Below are positions 25,058 through 38,000 of a stretch of DNA of 64,000 bases, in pieces (position 1 is the first letter of the stretch; each line of letters opens with the position of its first letter). The translations under genes and the position numbers were made by a program. Source of the DNA: Octopus vulgaris (lineage: Eukaryota); NCBI GenBank assembly GCA_951406725.2, contig OX597837.1, forward strand, positions 28,520,001 to 28,584,000, read 5' to 3'. Under the pieces are notes generated by a model that made no database searches, was not told the DNA's origin, and saw only the letters and a list, made by a program, of their open reading frames with translations.

Positions 25058-28000
25058 TTACCTGGTGCCAAACATACCCATCTTGCATGCTACAGGCTTC
25101 CATCTTTTCACAAACATATCTCGTGACAGACACCACTTCTCCAGCCTGATTTTGCTACTGAGGTGGTAACTAAAAAAGTTAATCAACCCCTGGCCGGAGA
25201 CAAAGGTGCCTGTCACTATACCTTTCGTACGCGTCTTCCATACTGTTTCTTTCAGTATGGCTACTACACAGAAAAAACAAGCCTTTCTTTCCCTGTTAAG
25301 GAAAGGGGGCGGCACAATCTCGATGATAGACTCAGCTGATAGCTGTACTCTTCCCATCACTGACAACAGTTGTTCAACAAAAGCTATCAGTCCCGATAAC
25401 TCCGGACACTCCACGAATGCGTGCAAGACGGTCTCCCTATCCTGCTCACATCGCGGGCATGTCGGCGAGACGGCACTACCGTGCCTTGACAGCTTGTCGC
25501 GAACAGGTAAAGCCGCACGGAAACACTGCCAGGCCAGGGATTTCTGGTAATTATCCAGATACCCCGGCCCGAACGTCCTCCGGAACAGGTTGACCAACTG
25601 ATTTTCATTGTAGCCCAGGGTCTCCCCCAAGGCGTCTTCGGACTTAACCTCCACTAACCCGCTATAGAAATCCGTGGTGGAACTCCTGTTGCCGGCGTTG
25701 CCCACCCGAGAGAGTAGCTGGAGCGCCTGACGGCACTCCAAATGCCATTCACTCAGTTTAGGTCTCCGCTTGATCCATGCACCGATGTCCGTTAGGGATG
25801 TTAACTGGGGAAGGTAGAACCGGACGTGCGGTGACCACACCTGCTCTCCATCCAGGTAAAGCCAGAGGTGCCTCAACCTTAACGCGAGTTTTCACATCCT
25901 CAGCCAAGGCATCCCTAGCCCACCCTTTAGCGGTTTCTGGCAGCAGACAGAGCGCTTTACAAGTGGCTTTCCTCCTTTCCACAAAAATCGGAAAAGGATT
26001 CTCTCCAACTTGTTCAGCCACAAATCGGGGCAAGGCACCACGGTCAGACGGTAGGTGATTACTGATGCTATAAACATCTGCACCACCTCCGCCTTCCCTA
26101 GCAGGGATAACGCCCGCCCAGACCAGGTCTGGGTTAGAGCGGTCACCTTGTTGGCCACCTCACTCCAATTTTTCTCAATCTGGAGGTCTGGCCCGAACCA
26201 GACTCCGAGCAGCTTAACAGGACCTTCCGTCCAACGCCCTACGACGTTATTGGACGGCATCGGCTTGCCCCTCCAGGTGCCGAGTTGCAAACCGACCGAC
26301 TTGTCCTTGTTAACCTTTGCTCCTGCCACCGCCTCGTAGCTTTTGATGGCCTCTTCCACCACTGGAAGCTGGCCTTCGTCTGCCACGATGATGGAGGTGT
26401 CATCCGCATACGCCGTAGCTCCTCTTCCACACCATAGATCATGCGGCGTGCCCCCTAGTGCCTCCAACTTCCGCAGCAAAGGCTCAAGAGCCAATACGTA
26501 TAGGAGCGAGGACAGGGGACACCCTTGACGAACTGAACGCTCGATCCTGAACGGCTTCGAAAAGGAACCGTTCACCTTGACTACAGACTCGATGTCGCTA
26601 TACAAAGCAGCGATCCAACCTCGAAAGGTCGGGCCAACCTCGAAAGGAGGACCGCCGCCAAGTACCGATGGTCGACCCTATCAAATGCTTTGGACTGGTC
26701 TAAATGTACCAGTGCTCCCCCTGCGCCAGAAAGCTTCCCCACCCTCTCTAAGGAGTAGCGTATAAGGTGGAGATTGTCGTAGATCGTTCTGCCAGGGATA
26801 GCGCACGTTTGCGCTTCCCCGACAAGTTTGTCCACGACCCGCGCCAACCTTTTTGCTAGCACCTTGGCCAGAATCTTTAACTCTGTGTTCAACAGAGTTA
26901 TGGGCCTGAAGTTCCCTATCTCGTCCCCCTTGTTCGGGTCCTCCTGATCAACGTCACAACCCCCGGCTCGCAGACTTGGGAATTCTCCCATTCTGCTGCC
27001 AGTTTGCGTAGACGCTAGCCAGCAGGTGCCCGAACAAGTCTGGCATACTTTTATAAAATTCATAGAGCAGACCATCGAGACCCGGCGACTTCTCCCCGGG
27101 GCACTTGCCCAACACCTCGATTACCTCCTCGGCTGTGATTGGCCCTTCACAGCACTCAGCCTCCCGTGTCGAGAGGCGCGGGCCACCAGACAGGAAGTCC
27201 CTAAGGGCCTCACCATGATCCAGCGTCCCGCACCTCCCGAACAACTCGGCGAAGTGCTTGTGAAGTGCCTCACACATCTCGTCCCGCTTCTTGATCGTGC
27301 ATCCGTTTTCATCAACAAGAGACCCAATTGTGGCATCGTTTCCACACTGTGTTTCTATCGTACGGGCCCATCCGGCAACATTAATTCCCTCACGGCCCAA
27401 TGCTCGTACTTTAGCCCGAACTCTACATCCCTCATGTTTGGTTTGCCGTTCTCGCCGCTAAAATGTGAGATGCAGAGCCCAACCTCAACGCCTCCTCTAA
27501 GTTCTTAACTAGTTGCCCTTCTATTCTAGCCCTATCTAGTCTTAGTTGTTTACTAAATCTAATGGACTCGAATCGAATGGCTCTTTTGAGGGCGAACCAC
27601 CACCGATTATTAACCACGGCTCCGGTTAACGCCCTCTGCACTAACACCTTAATCCGGCTACGGTATGCCTCGCGTGTCAAAATAGACTTGTTCAGCTTCC
27701 AGTAGCCGGTTCCTATCTTAAGTGTGCTATCTATGTCCAGTCTACACGTGACCATTCTATGGTCAGTATAGGGCACCTGGACGAGCTGTGGATAACTAAA
27801 ACTAGACTTATCTCTTGTTCTTATCACTATCCTGTCTAGATAAGACTTGAACCTTCCGTCGCCACTCATCCAGGTCCACTCTGGGACGTTCGGATGGTCA
27901 AGTCTGTAACGATCTGCCAGCTGAAACCGCTTAATCAGATCCACGAGACGTGAGTTTACTTTCCTATAGATCGAGCCAACGCTATCGATGTGAACGTCAA

Positions 28001-28436
28001 CGATAGCATTAAAGTCCCCTAATATCACTAAAGTCTTCGACGTCACGAGAAAGCCCTCTAGGCGCCGATAAAAATCAGTTTGGAAACCTCTAGCACAAGG
28101 TGCATAGAGTCCGATCAGCCTGAAGGCCTTACTGCTGTATGTCACATCAAGGACGACCAGCCCACCTTCTGGGTCTACATAGACTGTACTTGTCTGCAGA
28201 GCCAAGTCTTTACGGATCAGTACCACTACACCCCCTCGCCCTCCGGTCTGGCCAGGAGACATGATTTTCTCGTAGCCATTCAGGAGAGGCGAGAAGGTTT
28301 GTAGGCTGTCCAGCTTGGTCTCTGTAGCAACCATCACATGTATATCATGTGATCTGAGGTCGTCGAAGAAACAAGCCTGCTTCCACTTCGAACTCAGACC
28401 ACGCACATTTAAACAACCAAGGTTAAGCGAAGCCAT
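25058..28436 (-). pseudogene. Tx1-like ORF2: AP endonuclease, reverse transcriptase and C-terminal zinc motif, frameshifted
   Basis: MASLNLGCLNVRGL, GDFN, SYLDR and TDH (APE); KSPGLDG, FRPITLLN, KAFDRV, VRQGCPLS and AYADD (RT); CPRCEQDRETVLHAFVEC. Confidence 0.93.
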
Positions 28437-28453
28437 TACAAAAAGTAAAAGTT

Positions 28454-29906
28454 CTACTTACATTTCGTTGGAGAGGTGGGGGCCGACCTCACCACACGTT
28501 TGTGGGCCCCTTCTTTCTCCTCCTTCTTCAAATAGTCCGGCGAGTTCGCGATATGCCGGATGGCGTTTGGGTGTCTGTCTTTTAATTGTTTGAACGTTGT
28601 TTCCGCAATCCACGCGTATCTCTCATTTCGATCTTTGTATTTGTTGTACAGTCTTGCTGACTGATGCCGAACCACAATATCGTTTATGTATTTGTTTTGT
28701 GTGTCGAATTCAATTAATATGGGTTCGTTTTTTTTTTGTCTTCTTTTTCTGGGCCAGTTGAGCGGGATTTTTTTTTTCGTGTCTGTGGTGTGTCTTTGTT
28801 TTCATTATTTTTTATAGGGGATGTGGACGGGGATGATGCACGAATTCTTTTACGAACTGGTGTAAATCCCCCCTCTGATACTTCCATGGTATCGTCTGGG
28901 GTAGCAATAGTTTGTTCATTAGGCGCCGCAGTTTTTAAGGGGGTGGGAGGTTTTAATAATGTAGGGGTTTGTGCGTGCGAGGGCTGGGTTTTTTCTTCAG
29001 TTTGTTTTGGGGTTGGCACCGTAACAGCAGGAGTGGGATTTTTTGTTTTTGTAGGGGTAAGTGAGTTTGCAAGGGTAGGGATTTTTTAATTATCTGAGGG
29101 GCCTGGTGTCTGCGGTTTCTTTTGCTTGTCTGGACAGTCTACACGAATGTGGCCCTTTTTGCCGCAGGCGTAACAGGTGGGTTTTCGGCCTTCGACCTGT
29201 ACCCTGAGGGCTACGTTCTCGCCCACGAGTATCACCGGGTACCTGTGCCCAGCCATTCTCAGGAAGGAGCTGCAGGTCCTCCGGTGTTCCTTGAATTAAT
29301 ATATTAATGTTACGCCCAAGCCAATATAGAGGGGCAGAGCATGTTACTTGTAGTATTTTAATTTTGTCCGCCCTTTTATATAACAGGGCGGCCACTACCT
29401 CTACCGGATCTACTTCCGGCGGGGCTTCTGCAATCCTGACCCGGGACGTCCTGCGTCCCCTATAGCTTGGGAAAAGTACCACCTCCTTGGTTTTTAGGGG
29501 GTTCACAGAATGCCCGCGGGCCACCTCTTCCCCCGAGAAGCGGACATCCACAGTGCCATATGCCCGTCCCCTGGCGACGTACACGATGTCCTTCCAAATC
29601 GGGGACAGGCATTTCTCGATGGTGTTTTTTTCAAAGTGTTTGAATCTTCTGCTTTGTGGAACAGAAGGTTTTAAGCACTACGGTCCGCTTCTCGGTCTCC
29701 ACGATACTGGCGGAGGGTGATATTTTAACATCACCACCCTCCTCTTGCATTCTTTTAAATAGCTCGACGAGCTGATTGACAATGATGTCAATGTTCTCGG
29801 TAGCCACTGTGGCTACCGCAGAAAATTTTTTAACATTGCTCTCCTCAAGAGCACTACTTTCGTGAATAATCTCAACAGACATTATTCTGTTGAAATTAGA
29901 CAACAC
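28454..29906 (-). pseudogene. Tx1-like ORF1 (nucleic-acid binding, CCHC zinc knuckle), frameshifted
   Basis: ORF pieces 29631-29906, 29090-29584, 28714-29019 and 28454-28675. Knuckle CYACGKKGHIRVDC near 29135-29176 in a shifted frame. Confidence 0.85.
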
Positions 29907-30296
29907 AAAAATTACGAATATTGGTTTCCCACAAAACTGGGAAACCTATAGAAAGTTTTTCTTCCAAAGTAGTTCAATAAGTGGTAAAAAGCAGTTCAAA
30001 AAATTCCAATTCCCACCCCCATTCGGGGGAGGGGCACGAAAATAGTCTGGCAGGACTATATATAGTCACGTAGAAAAAAGCCACAATGGCTAACAGTTCA
30101 ATGGTAAGAAATTATCCAATTATTCCCCAGTAAAACCGGAGAACAAGACAGTTCAACAACGTTCAAAAACAAATTTTCAGTAGTAAAAATTCAACAATTA
30201 ACAACACAGCAAAACTCTTACCGGGAAGAAAACGCGTCCAAACCGTAGTAAGGTAAGCAAAGTCATTCTTCAGTCAGTGAGGTTAGAAAGCTACTT

Positions 30297-32288
30297 TATT
30301 TTATATAATTTGCCACTAGGGCAGCACACAGAGTAGTAGCTACGGGCTGGACAAGGACATTAATGGATGATGGTGGTGGTGGATGAAGATGGTGATGGGA
30401 GAAGTCGAAAGCGCCCGCCGACTTTCGCTTCTCTAAAACAATGTTTCAATAAATACATTTAATAAAATGTTCACAATGATTCAAATTACATAAAAAATGT
30501 TCAACAATTCTCCTCGTCAGGTCCCCGAAGCAAATTGTCTTGCCGCCTGCAGACAACTCTGCGACGACAAGTCGGGGCCTGCAAAGAGAAAAGTAAAATC
30601 TTTCCTTTCAAAGGTCTCTGCGACCCTTGACAAAGTATCTTCCGTTACTTTTTCCGCAGCTACCCACGGAGGCCATAACGGACTCCTTGAGCCGACCGTG
30701 CCCTTACGTTCTCGGTCACCCAAGCCATTCAAAAATATTTCCACCTCCTCTCCCTTGTGGTAAAGGAGGAGAAGCATCTCCTCTTCACAGGAAGGGGCCT
30801 CACACTGCTCCGTCAGTGGCACACTTCCTACTGGCGGAGCCTTGTCCGCGGGTGGCACACATCCCACCTGCGGCTCCGTCGGCGACACAAAAACGTCAGT
30901 CGTCCGACCTCTCCTTTTTCTCCTCCTTCTTTTGGGGGAGACTGCTGACCCAGGGGACTCCGTCACCAGACACGGGGGATTGCTATCCCCCTCCGCCCCC
31001 TGAGCGTTCTTTGGCGGGCAACCATTGTTGCTCGCCTGTCTCTTTCTTTTCGTGGAGGCAACCTCCTCCACGACTTCCACCGTCTCCCCCTCCAATGAGG
31101 GGGCGGCGGGCGCCTTTTCCCCTTTCTGCTCCGGGGCACCACCACGGCCCCCGGGACAATTCTTCCTGATATGTCCGGGCTTCAGGCACAGGTGACACTT
31201 GGTGGGAGCGACCCTCGAGTATCACCGGGTACCTGTGCCCAGCCATTCTCAGGAAGTCCGGGAATTTCATTTCTCCCACAGCCACCGGTGTCCACAGGGT
31301 CAAAGTTGCCTTTGACCCCTCCCAGGCGACCGCGGGAGCCATTTTCACACTCAGTAGTCTGGGTCCGCTATCCCCCAGGCCTCGCCGGATGGTCTTCTCG
31401 ATCCATTCCGCCTCCGTGCCCGGGGGCAGCCCACACACCCAGGCTCTTTTTACTTTTCTGCCACAATACGAGGGGAGGAACAAAATTTCCTCTCCCTCCA
31501 GTGGCTCGCTAGCAAATCTGCTAGCTTCCTCGGGGGTACCAAACAGCAACCACACCGTTGCAAATTTAGTCCCCCGAGAAATAAATTTTATAGTTGGCAG
31601 GTGGTCCCCCAACTCTTTCTCTATAGTATTCCTGTCGAAGAGGGCAATGGCTCCACGCGACCTAGAATAGGTTCGTAGGACCACCGTCCTCTTCTCAAGA
31701 CTTTCAATCCACTGCTTGGGTGGGACGACCTCCCATTCCAAAGCGGTGGTTTCTTTTGTTGCCATGTTTTTTTGGGTTTTTTTTTAAATAAATGTATTCA
31801 GAATAAAACTAAAAAACGAGAAGAAAAGGAAATCCGAAGAAAGTCACAATGAAAAAAGGAGAGAGTCAAATAAAGTTAAAAAGAAAGTCAAATAAAGTTA
31901 AAAAGAAAGTCAATAACACAGCAAAATCCTTTTGGCCATTTGGTACTCCCGGCCTAAATCGAACCAGGATCGCACAACTTCCACAAAAATTGGTGTAAAA
32001 TTGGTAGTTCTTCACAGCACAATACAATTCTCACAATTCGAAGACGGATACTCCCAAAAAATTTTCTCAGCGAGAAAAATATATTTGCCACATGTCGGCA
32101 GAATCAGAATTCTGAATCCAGTAGGACTTCCTGCATGTAAAAAATAATTCTCAACAAAAACTCCCACTGGACCCAGAAAACAGAATCTTACCTTACATGG
32201 GGTTTCCAAAGTTTTCAATTCAAGACGGCTTCAAAAGCACATCTTCACCGCTTCAGTGTCAAACACAACACTGACTCGCACATGCGCA
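30297..32288 (-). mobile_element. ORF1-only (HAL1-like) non-autonomous Tx1-related element
   Basis: ~520 nt 5'UTR, one ORF1 and a ~220 nt 3'UTR whose end resembles the neighbour's (ggcaaattatat-aaata). No EN or RT. Target repeat gtaagaagctactt at 32289-32302. Confidence 0.8.
30517..31765 (-). pseudogene. Divergent ORF1 (~415 aa, one frameshift near 31200) with CCHC knuckle
   Basis: EKRTVVLRTY...NTIEK...LFLPSYCGRK aligns with the neighbour's EKRTVVLKTF...NTIEK...LFPSYRGRR. CHLCLKPGHIRKNC follows the shift and runs into ORF 30517-31095. Confidence 0.8.
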
Positions 32289-32334
32289 GTAAGAAGCTAC
32301 TTACCACACAGCCACTCCTGCGCCTGGTTATACA

Positions 32335-32740
32335 TTTTTATTCTTTTACTTGTTTCAGTCAATTGACTGTGGCCATATTGGAGCATCGCCATTTAGTCGA
32401 AGAAATCGATCTCTGGACTTATTCTTTGTAAGCCTGTGGCTTATTCTGTCGGTCTCTTGCCGAATCGCTAAGTTACGGGGACGTAAACATACCAACATCG
32501 GTTGTCATGCGATGGGGGGCGGGCGCAAACACAGACATAAACACACGTAAATATATTCATATATATATATATGACGGGCTTCTTTCAGTTTCCGTTTACC
32601 AAATCCACCCACAAGGCTTTGGTCGGCCCAAGACTTTAGTAGAAGACACCTGCCCAAGGTTCCACGCAGCGGGACTGAACCCGGAACCACGTGGTTGGGA
32701 AGCAAGCTTTTTGCTACACAGCCACGCGCCTGCGCCTATG
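32335..32740 (-). mobile_element. SINE A
   Basis: Full-length match to the other copies. Confidence 0.85.
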
Positions 32741-33156
32741 TTAGTTCAGGATTTTTAAAGTTCACTCCAACAAATCAATCCCAGGACTTATTTCTTGCAA
32801 AATCTTTTACTTATTCTATTGATGTCTTTTGCCAAAGCGCTAAGTTAACTAGGACATTAATACACCAATGATGACAGTCATAAGCACTGAATGCCCCTAC
32901 ACACACTCGTACTCACATATATACACGAAGTTTCCGTCAACCAAATATAGTAGAAGATACTAGCCCAAGGTACCGAGCTATGGGACTGAACCCGAACCAT
33001 GTGGTTGCAAACGGATCTTCTTAACCACACCGCCATGCTTGCACCTATACTTGAGAGAATTAAAAGATTGAGTTATGAAGGATTTCTCATACAGATACGA
33101 GGCCAGAAAAGGGGAGGAGGTGTTTCACTTATAGATATCAACCCCGGTATTTCACA

Positions 33157-33399
33157 AAGGCGGCGAGCTGGCAGAAACGTTAGCACGCCGGGCGAAATGC
33201 TTACCGGTATTTCGTCTGCCGTAACGTTCTGAGTTCAAATTCCGCCGAGGTCGACTTTGCCTTTCATCCTTTCGGGGTCGATAAATTAAGTACCAGTTTC
33301 GCACTGGGGTCGATGTAATCTACTTAATCCGTTTGTCTGTCCTTGTCTGTCCTTGTTTGTCCTCTCTGTGTTTAGCCCCTAGTGGGCAGTAAAGATATA
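33157..33399 (+). mobile_element. MetaSINE-like SINE B
   Basis: TSD ggtatttcaca at 33146-33156 and 33400-33410. Confidence 0.9.
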
Positions 33400-33718
33400 G
33401 GTATTTCACAGGTACTTCATTGTATCTTTCCTTGGAAGGGTGAAAGGCTAAGTCGATCCCACTATGATTGGAATTTAGAAGGTAAAGATACAGAACTCCC
33501 AAGGTACCCTACTGACTTTACCAATCCACCGCCCTTAAGCCGGTTTCTATAGTAATGATAACACATTATTTACATTTGACGGATATTTGTCCTCATCTTG
33601 TTTGTTGTTACCACAACGTTTCGGCCGATATACCCTCCAACTTTCTTTGCTCGACTAAAGGCGGTGCTCCAGCATGGTCACAGTCAAATGACTGAAGCAA
33701 GTAAAAGAGATATATACA

Positions 33719-33767
<49 letters not shown>

Positions 33768-33774
33768 GTACATG

Positions 33775-33832
<58 letters not shown>

Positions 33833-33902
33833 GTGGTTCTTGTGTCGTCTCCTAGGTGTTTCACGTTCTTGTCCCAGTTTGTATATATATTTTTTACTTT
33901 TT

Positions 33903-33956
<54 letters not shown>

Positions 33957-34220
33957 ACGTACATGTTTATATATATATATATTAATTATAAACATGTATA
34001 TATGGTGGTTGTCCACACCTGCTTGACAACTGCTGTTGGTGTGTTTACGCCCTCACACCCGCTTGACATGTTTATATATATGTGTGTGTATGTATACCTT
34101 ATGTGTATGCATATTTTTATATATATACTTATATATATGTGTGTATATATATTCTTGTGTATGTGTATTTTGTTTCATATTTATATTTGCATTTTTATAT
34201 TTTTATAATTGTACTTTATA

Positions 34221-34345
34221 ATCTCTGACGAGGCCTTGAGATATATATATAAGTAACTCATTTTTAACTGCATATTACCTCAATACATCTTACTAATATA
34301 GGCAGAATGAGATACCTTATCTACAGGCTGAAACAGCTGTAAGAT
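34221..34345 (+). ncRNA. Type I hammerhead ribozyme (Penelope-type) with long stem II
   Basis: atct-CTGACGA-ggcct...aggct-GAAA-cagct-GTA-agat; palindromic stem III acagctgt. Confidence 0.7.
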
Positions 34346-34621
34346 CCATTTTATGTGTATTATTCTTATGGTATTATCTAACTTATTGATGTATATTGTT
34401 TTATTTTGTTGGATTTAGAAGTTCCTGTTTATGTAGTTGATAAATAATATGAATTGGTAATATCTGTAAGTCGATGATTGGAATGAATCTGTTCCTCTAT
34501 TTTCTTATCTGTATTATACATTATATAACGGGAAGCTTTATGAAAATAAACAAAAGACGAAGGCAGGTGGAGTACAAACAAACAATTGTATTAGTATGGC
34601 GCTCAGGAATATAAATAAAAA

Positions 34622-34676
<55 letters not shown>

Positions 34677-34774
34677 GGAGTAAACACAAATGTGAAACAA
34701 GGTGGAAAAAAGAGTACTCAAATACCAGTGGTAGAGTAATATGCTTTATTTAAAGCAGCAGAAAATTCAACAAA

Positions 34775-34815
34775 ATCTGTTACTCTGAGTTTCTCGTTAC
34801 CGTTCATCAGACAAT
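34775..34815 (-). ncRNA. Minimal hammerhead ribozyme (Penelope pLTR remnant), probably degenerate
   Basis: tgt-CTGATGA-acggtaacga-GAAAC-tcaga-GTA-aca. Confidence 0.5.
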
Positions 34816-34949
34816 TTTTGCTATATATATATAGTCAAATGACTGAAACAAGTAAAAGAGAATATATTCACTTTTTTTCATCCTTTCATATGTTTCAGCT
34901 CTGTGGCTGTGATAATGCTGGGGCATCGCCAGTGATTATTCCAGTGATT

Positions 34950-36001
34950 TTCCCTTCTTCGTTCTAGGGAGAAGAGTTTTAACACTTTCAGTCTTTCCCA
35001 GTGGTTGATACATTACATTGAGACGAATTTCTTTGTATAACTTCTTTGGATTACTTTGAGTTCTGTCGTTAATTTTATATTGCGTGGTGATCATACTTTA
35101 AAAGCAGTAGTCCAAGTGGCTGAGGACGTAGGCCCTCCAAAGGACCATCATTTTCTCCTTTTCTCTCGTTTTGAAAGTTCGAAGGATCCATGAAGCTAGC
35201 CGTCTGCATTTAATTACCAAATTAGTAATACGCACCTGGAAAGCTGCATCACTGATCATGTCAATGCCCAGATCATGCTCTGATTTTAATTCAGGGATTG
35301 CAATTCCCCCCGGGCCAGAGTATCGTGTCTGCATGTCGTTCAGCTTTGTGTGCTGGTAGCGCAGGGCTTGGAATTTTCCTGCATCAAACTGCATGTTGTT
35401 GTCCTCAGCCTACCAGTATATTGTGTGCAGATGCGCAATATTTCGAGGGTTTTGTATTGTTTGAGAGACTTTAGTCTCATCTGAATAGCTAGCAAGGGTA
35501 GCTATCTGAACTGCTGAGGGCATTACTGACAGGGCCATTATAAATAACAGTGGCCCTAAGAAAGTTCCCTGCGGGACATCACTCACTATTCGTGTTTCCT
35601 TTGAGGTGGTTCCATTTGAAGTGCTTGACGTTTATGTTTTAGAAAGTCGTGTAGCCATTCTAAGTTTTCTGACTATGCCGAGATCACGCAGTTTGTAACA
35701 TATCATACCATGGTCGAATTTTTCAAAGGCTTTTGCAGAGTCGAGATACATCCATACTTGTGTTGTTTACCAGCTGTTTTAACACCCGACCATAATGCTG
35801 TAAGAGATATATCATACAGCTGGTTGAATTCCATGCTGGGTTTCAGTCAGCAAGTCATTTTCTTCAAGGAACACAATTTTCTTGCGGACTGTTCGTTCAA
35901 GGACTTTACTGATGTGTGAGCTTAGAGAGATAGGCCTATAATTTTTAGCATCTGCTCTGCTTCCTCCTTTATGGATAGGGCATATTATTCCTTCCTTCAG
36001 T
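34950..36001 (-). mobile_element. CR1/L2-group LINE RT fragment
   Basis: ICPIHKGGSRADAKNYRPISLSSHISKVLER and WILRTFKTREKEKMMVLWRAYVLSHLDYC. Confidence 0.85.
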
Positions 36002-36320
36002 CGTGGCACCTTGGGCAAGTGTCTTCTACTATAGCCCCGGGCCGACCAAAGCCTTGTGAGTGGATTTGATAGACGGAAACTGAAAGAAGCCCATCGTATA
36101 TATGTATATGTGTGTGTTTGTGTTTGTCCCCCCTACCATTGCTTGACAACCGATGCTGGTTTGTTTATGTCCCCGTTACTTAGCGGTTCGGCAAAAGAGA
36201 CCGATAGAATAAGTGCTGGGCTTACAAAAGAATAAGTCCCGGGGTCGAGTTGCTCGATTAAAGGCGGTGCTCCAGCATGGCCGCAGTCAAATGACTGAAA
36301 CAAGTAAAAGAGTAAAGAGA
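36002..36320 (+). mobile_element. SINE A, 5' truncated
   Basis: Matches family body and tail. Confidence 0.8.
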
Positions 36321-36823
36321 GAGTATGCAAAACCAACCAAATAATGAAATATAATTTTGTTTCGAAGATGTTCTGTCACCAACAATATTTGTTAATCCTT
36401 TACCTTTACTCAATTCTCATGTACACTGTATTTTTCTTTTATCTGTAAAATACCTTCTTGTGATTGTGCCAACTTTTCCAATATATACATACATATTGCA
36501 CACACACACACGTTAAGGCCGTTTGTTACCAATAAAAGTGGGCTTGCCATTGGTGTCAAAATCACGTTGACATCCGTTAGGGAGCTGATGAGAGGAATTT
36601 GCTGGTTGCGTTACATTAATTTCATTCTGTTGTTATATCATTGCTTGTTGTTCTGGTCCTGGGGTTGCTATCACGTTCTTGTTTTGTTAGGAGTACTTCA
36701 CTAAAATTATAAATGTTCCTAGGTCAATTCTTTTTTGAGGTGTGCGTGTGTATACAATTTTATTCTGACGGTTAGTGAATAATTACTATCTCGCAAGGAA
36801 AATTCGAAAATATATATAAAATG

Positions 36824-37174
36824 AGAGCACTCAGAGAGCGCAAACCTCCGCCAAGGCAACACCAACGTTCTCTCAACGATTAGCCAGAGATGATTTTTGA
36901 AATGAGAATATCTGAAATTAACTCGATTGCTCTCACAAACAAAAATACTAAAAATGAACCGGACAGCTCTCAAAAGTATATAAAAAAAAGGAAAATAATC
37001 CAGAATCCTTGTCCAGGACGGGATCGATCCCAAAATTTAATCAGTTCGTGCCAGTCACAAGACCAAACATTCCTGAAAGTTTCATCCAAATCCATCCAGC
37101 GCTTCTTGAGATATTTTGTCCATAAACAAACACTACTGAAAGCAATACCTCCGCCTTAGCGAAGGCGGAGGTAA
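36824..37174 (+). mobile_element. Helentron/DINE-1-like non-autonomous element
   Basis: 3' palindrome tacctccgcctt-agcg-aaggcggaggta; its arm is also present subterminally at the 5' end (acctccgcc). Confidence 0.65.
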
Positions 37175-37194
37175 TATTTTATCTACACACACGC

Positions 37195-37965
37195 TATATA
37201 TATATATATATGCATAAGTAGATACAAATATATATATATATATGCATAAGTAGATACAAATATATATATATATATATGCATAAGTAGATACAAATATATA
37301 TATATATATATGCATACGTAGATACAAATATATATATATATATATGCATACGTAGATACAAATATATATATATATATGCATACGTAGATACAAATATATA
37401 TATATATATATGCATACGTAGATACAAATATATATATATATATGCATACGTAGATACAAATATATATATATATATATATATGCATAAGTAGATACAAATA
37501 TATATATATATGCATACGTAGATACAAATATATATATATATATATGCATACGTAGATACAAATATATATATATATATATGCATACGTAGATACAAATATA
37601 TATATATATATATGCATACGTAGATACAAATATATATATATATATATGCATACGTAGATACAAATATATATATATATATGCATACGTAGATACAAATATA
37701 TATATATATATATGCATACGTAGATACAAATATATATATATATATATATGCATACGTAGATACAAATATATATATATATATATATGCATACGTAGATACA
37801 AATATATATATATATATATATGCATACGTAGATACAAATATATATATATATATATGCATACGTAGATACAAATATATATATATATATATGCATACGTAGA
37901 TACAAATATATATATATATATACGCATACGTAGATACAAATATATATATATATGCATACGTAGAT

Positions 37966-38000
<35 letters not shown>

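Larger units (their letters stand above)
24830..30280 (-). mobile_element. Full-length L1/Tx1-clade non-LTR retrotransposon (frameshifted)
   Basis: 5'UTR, ORF1, ORF2 and 3'UTR present. Flanked by a 16-bp target duplication ggttagcaagctactt (24814-24829) / ggttagaaagctactt (30281-30296). Confidence 0.93.

Noticed and set aside
33566-33640. Hammerhead half on the minus strand (ccGAAACgttg)
   Set aside because: Truncated before the CUGANGA core.
36583-36620. CTGATGA motif
   Set aside because: No stem II or GAAA partner nearby.
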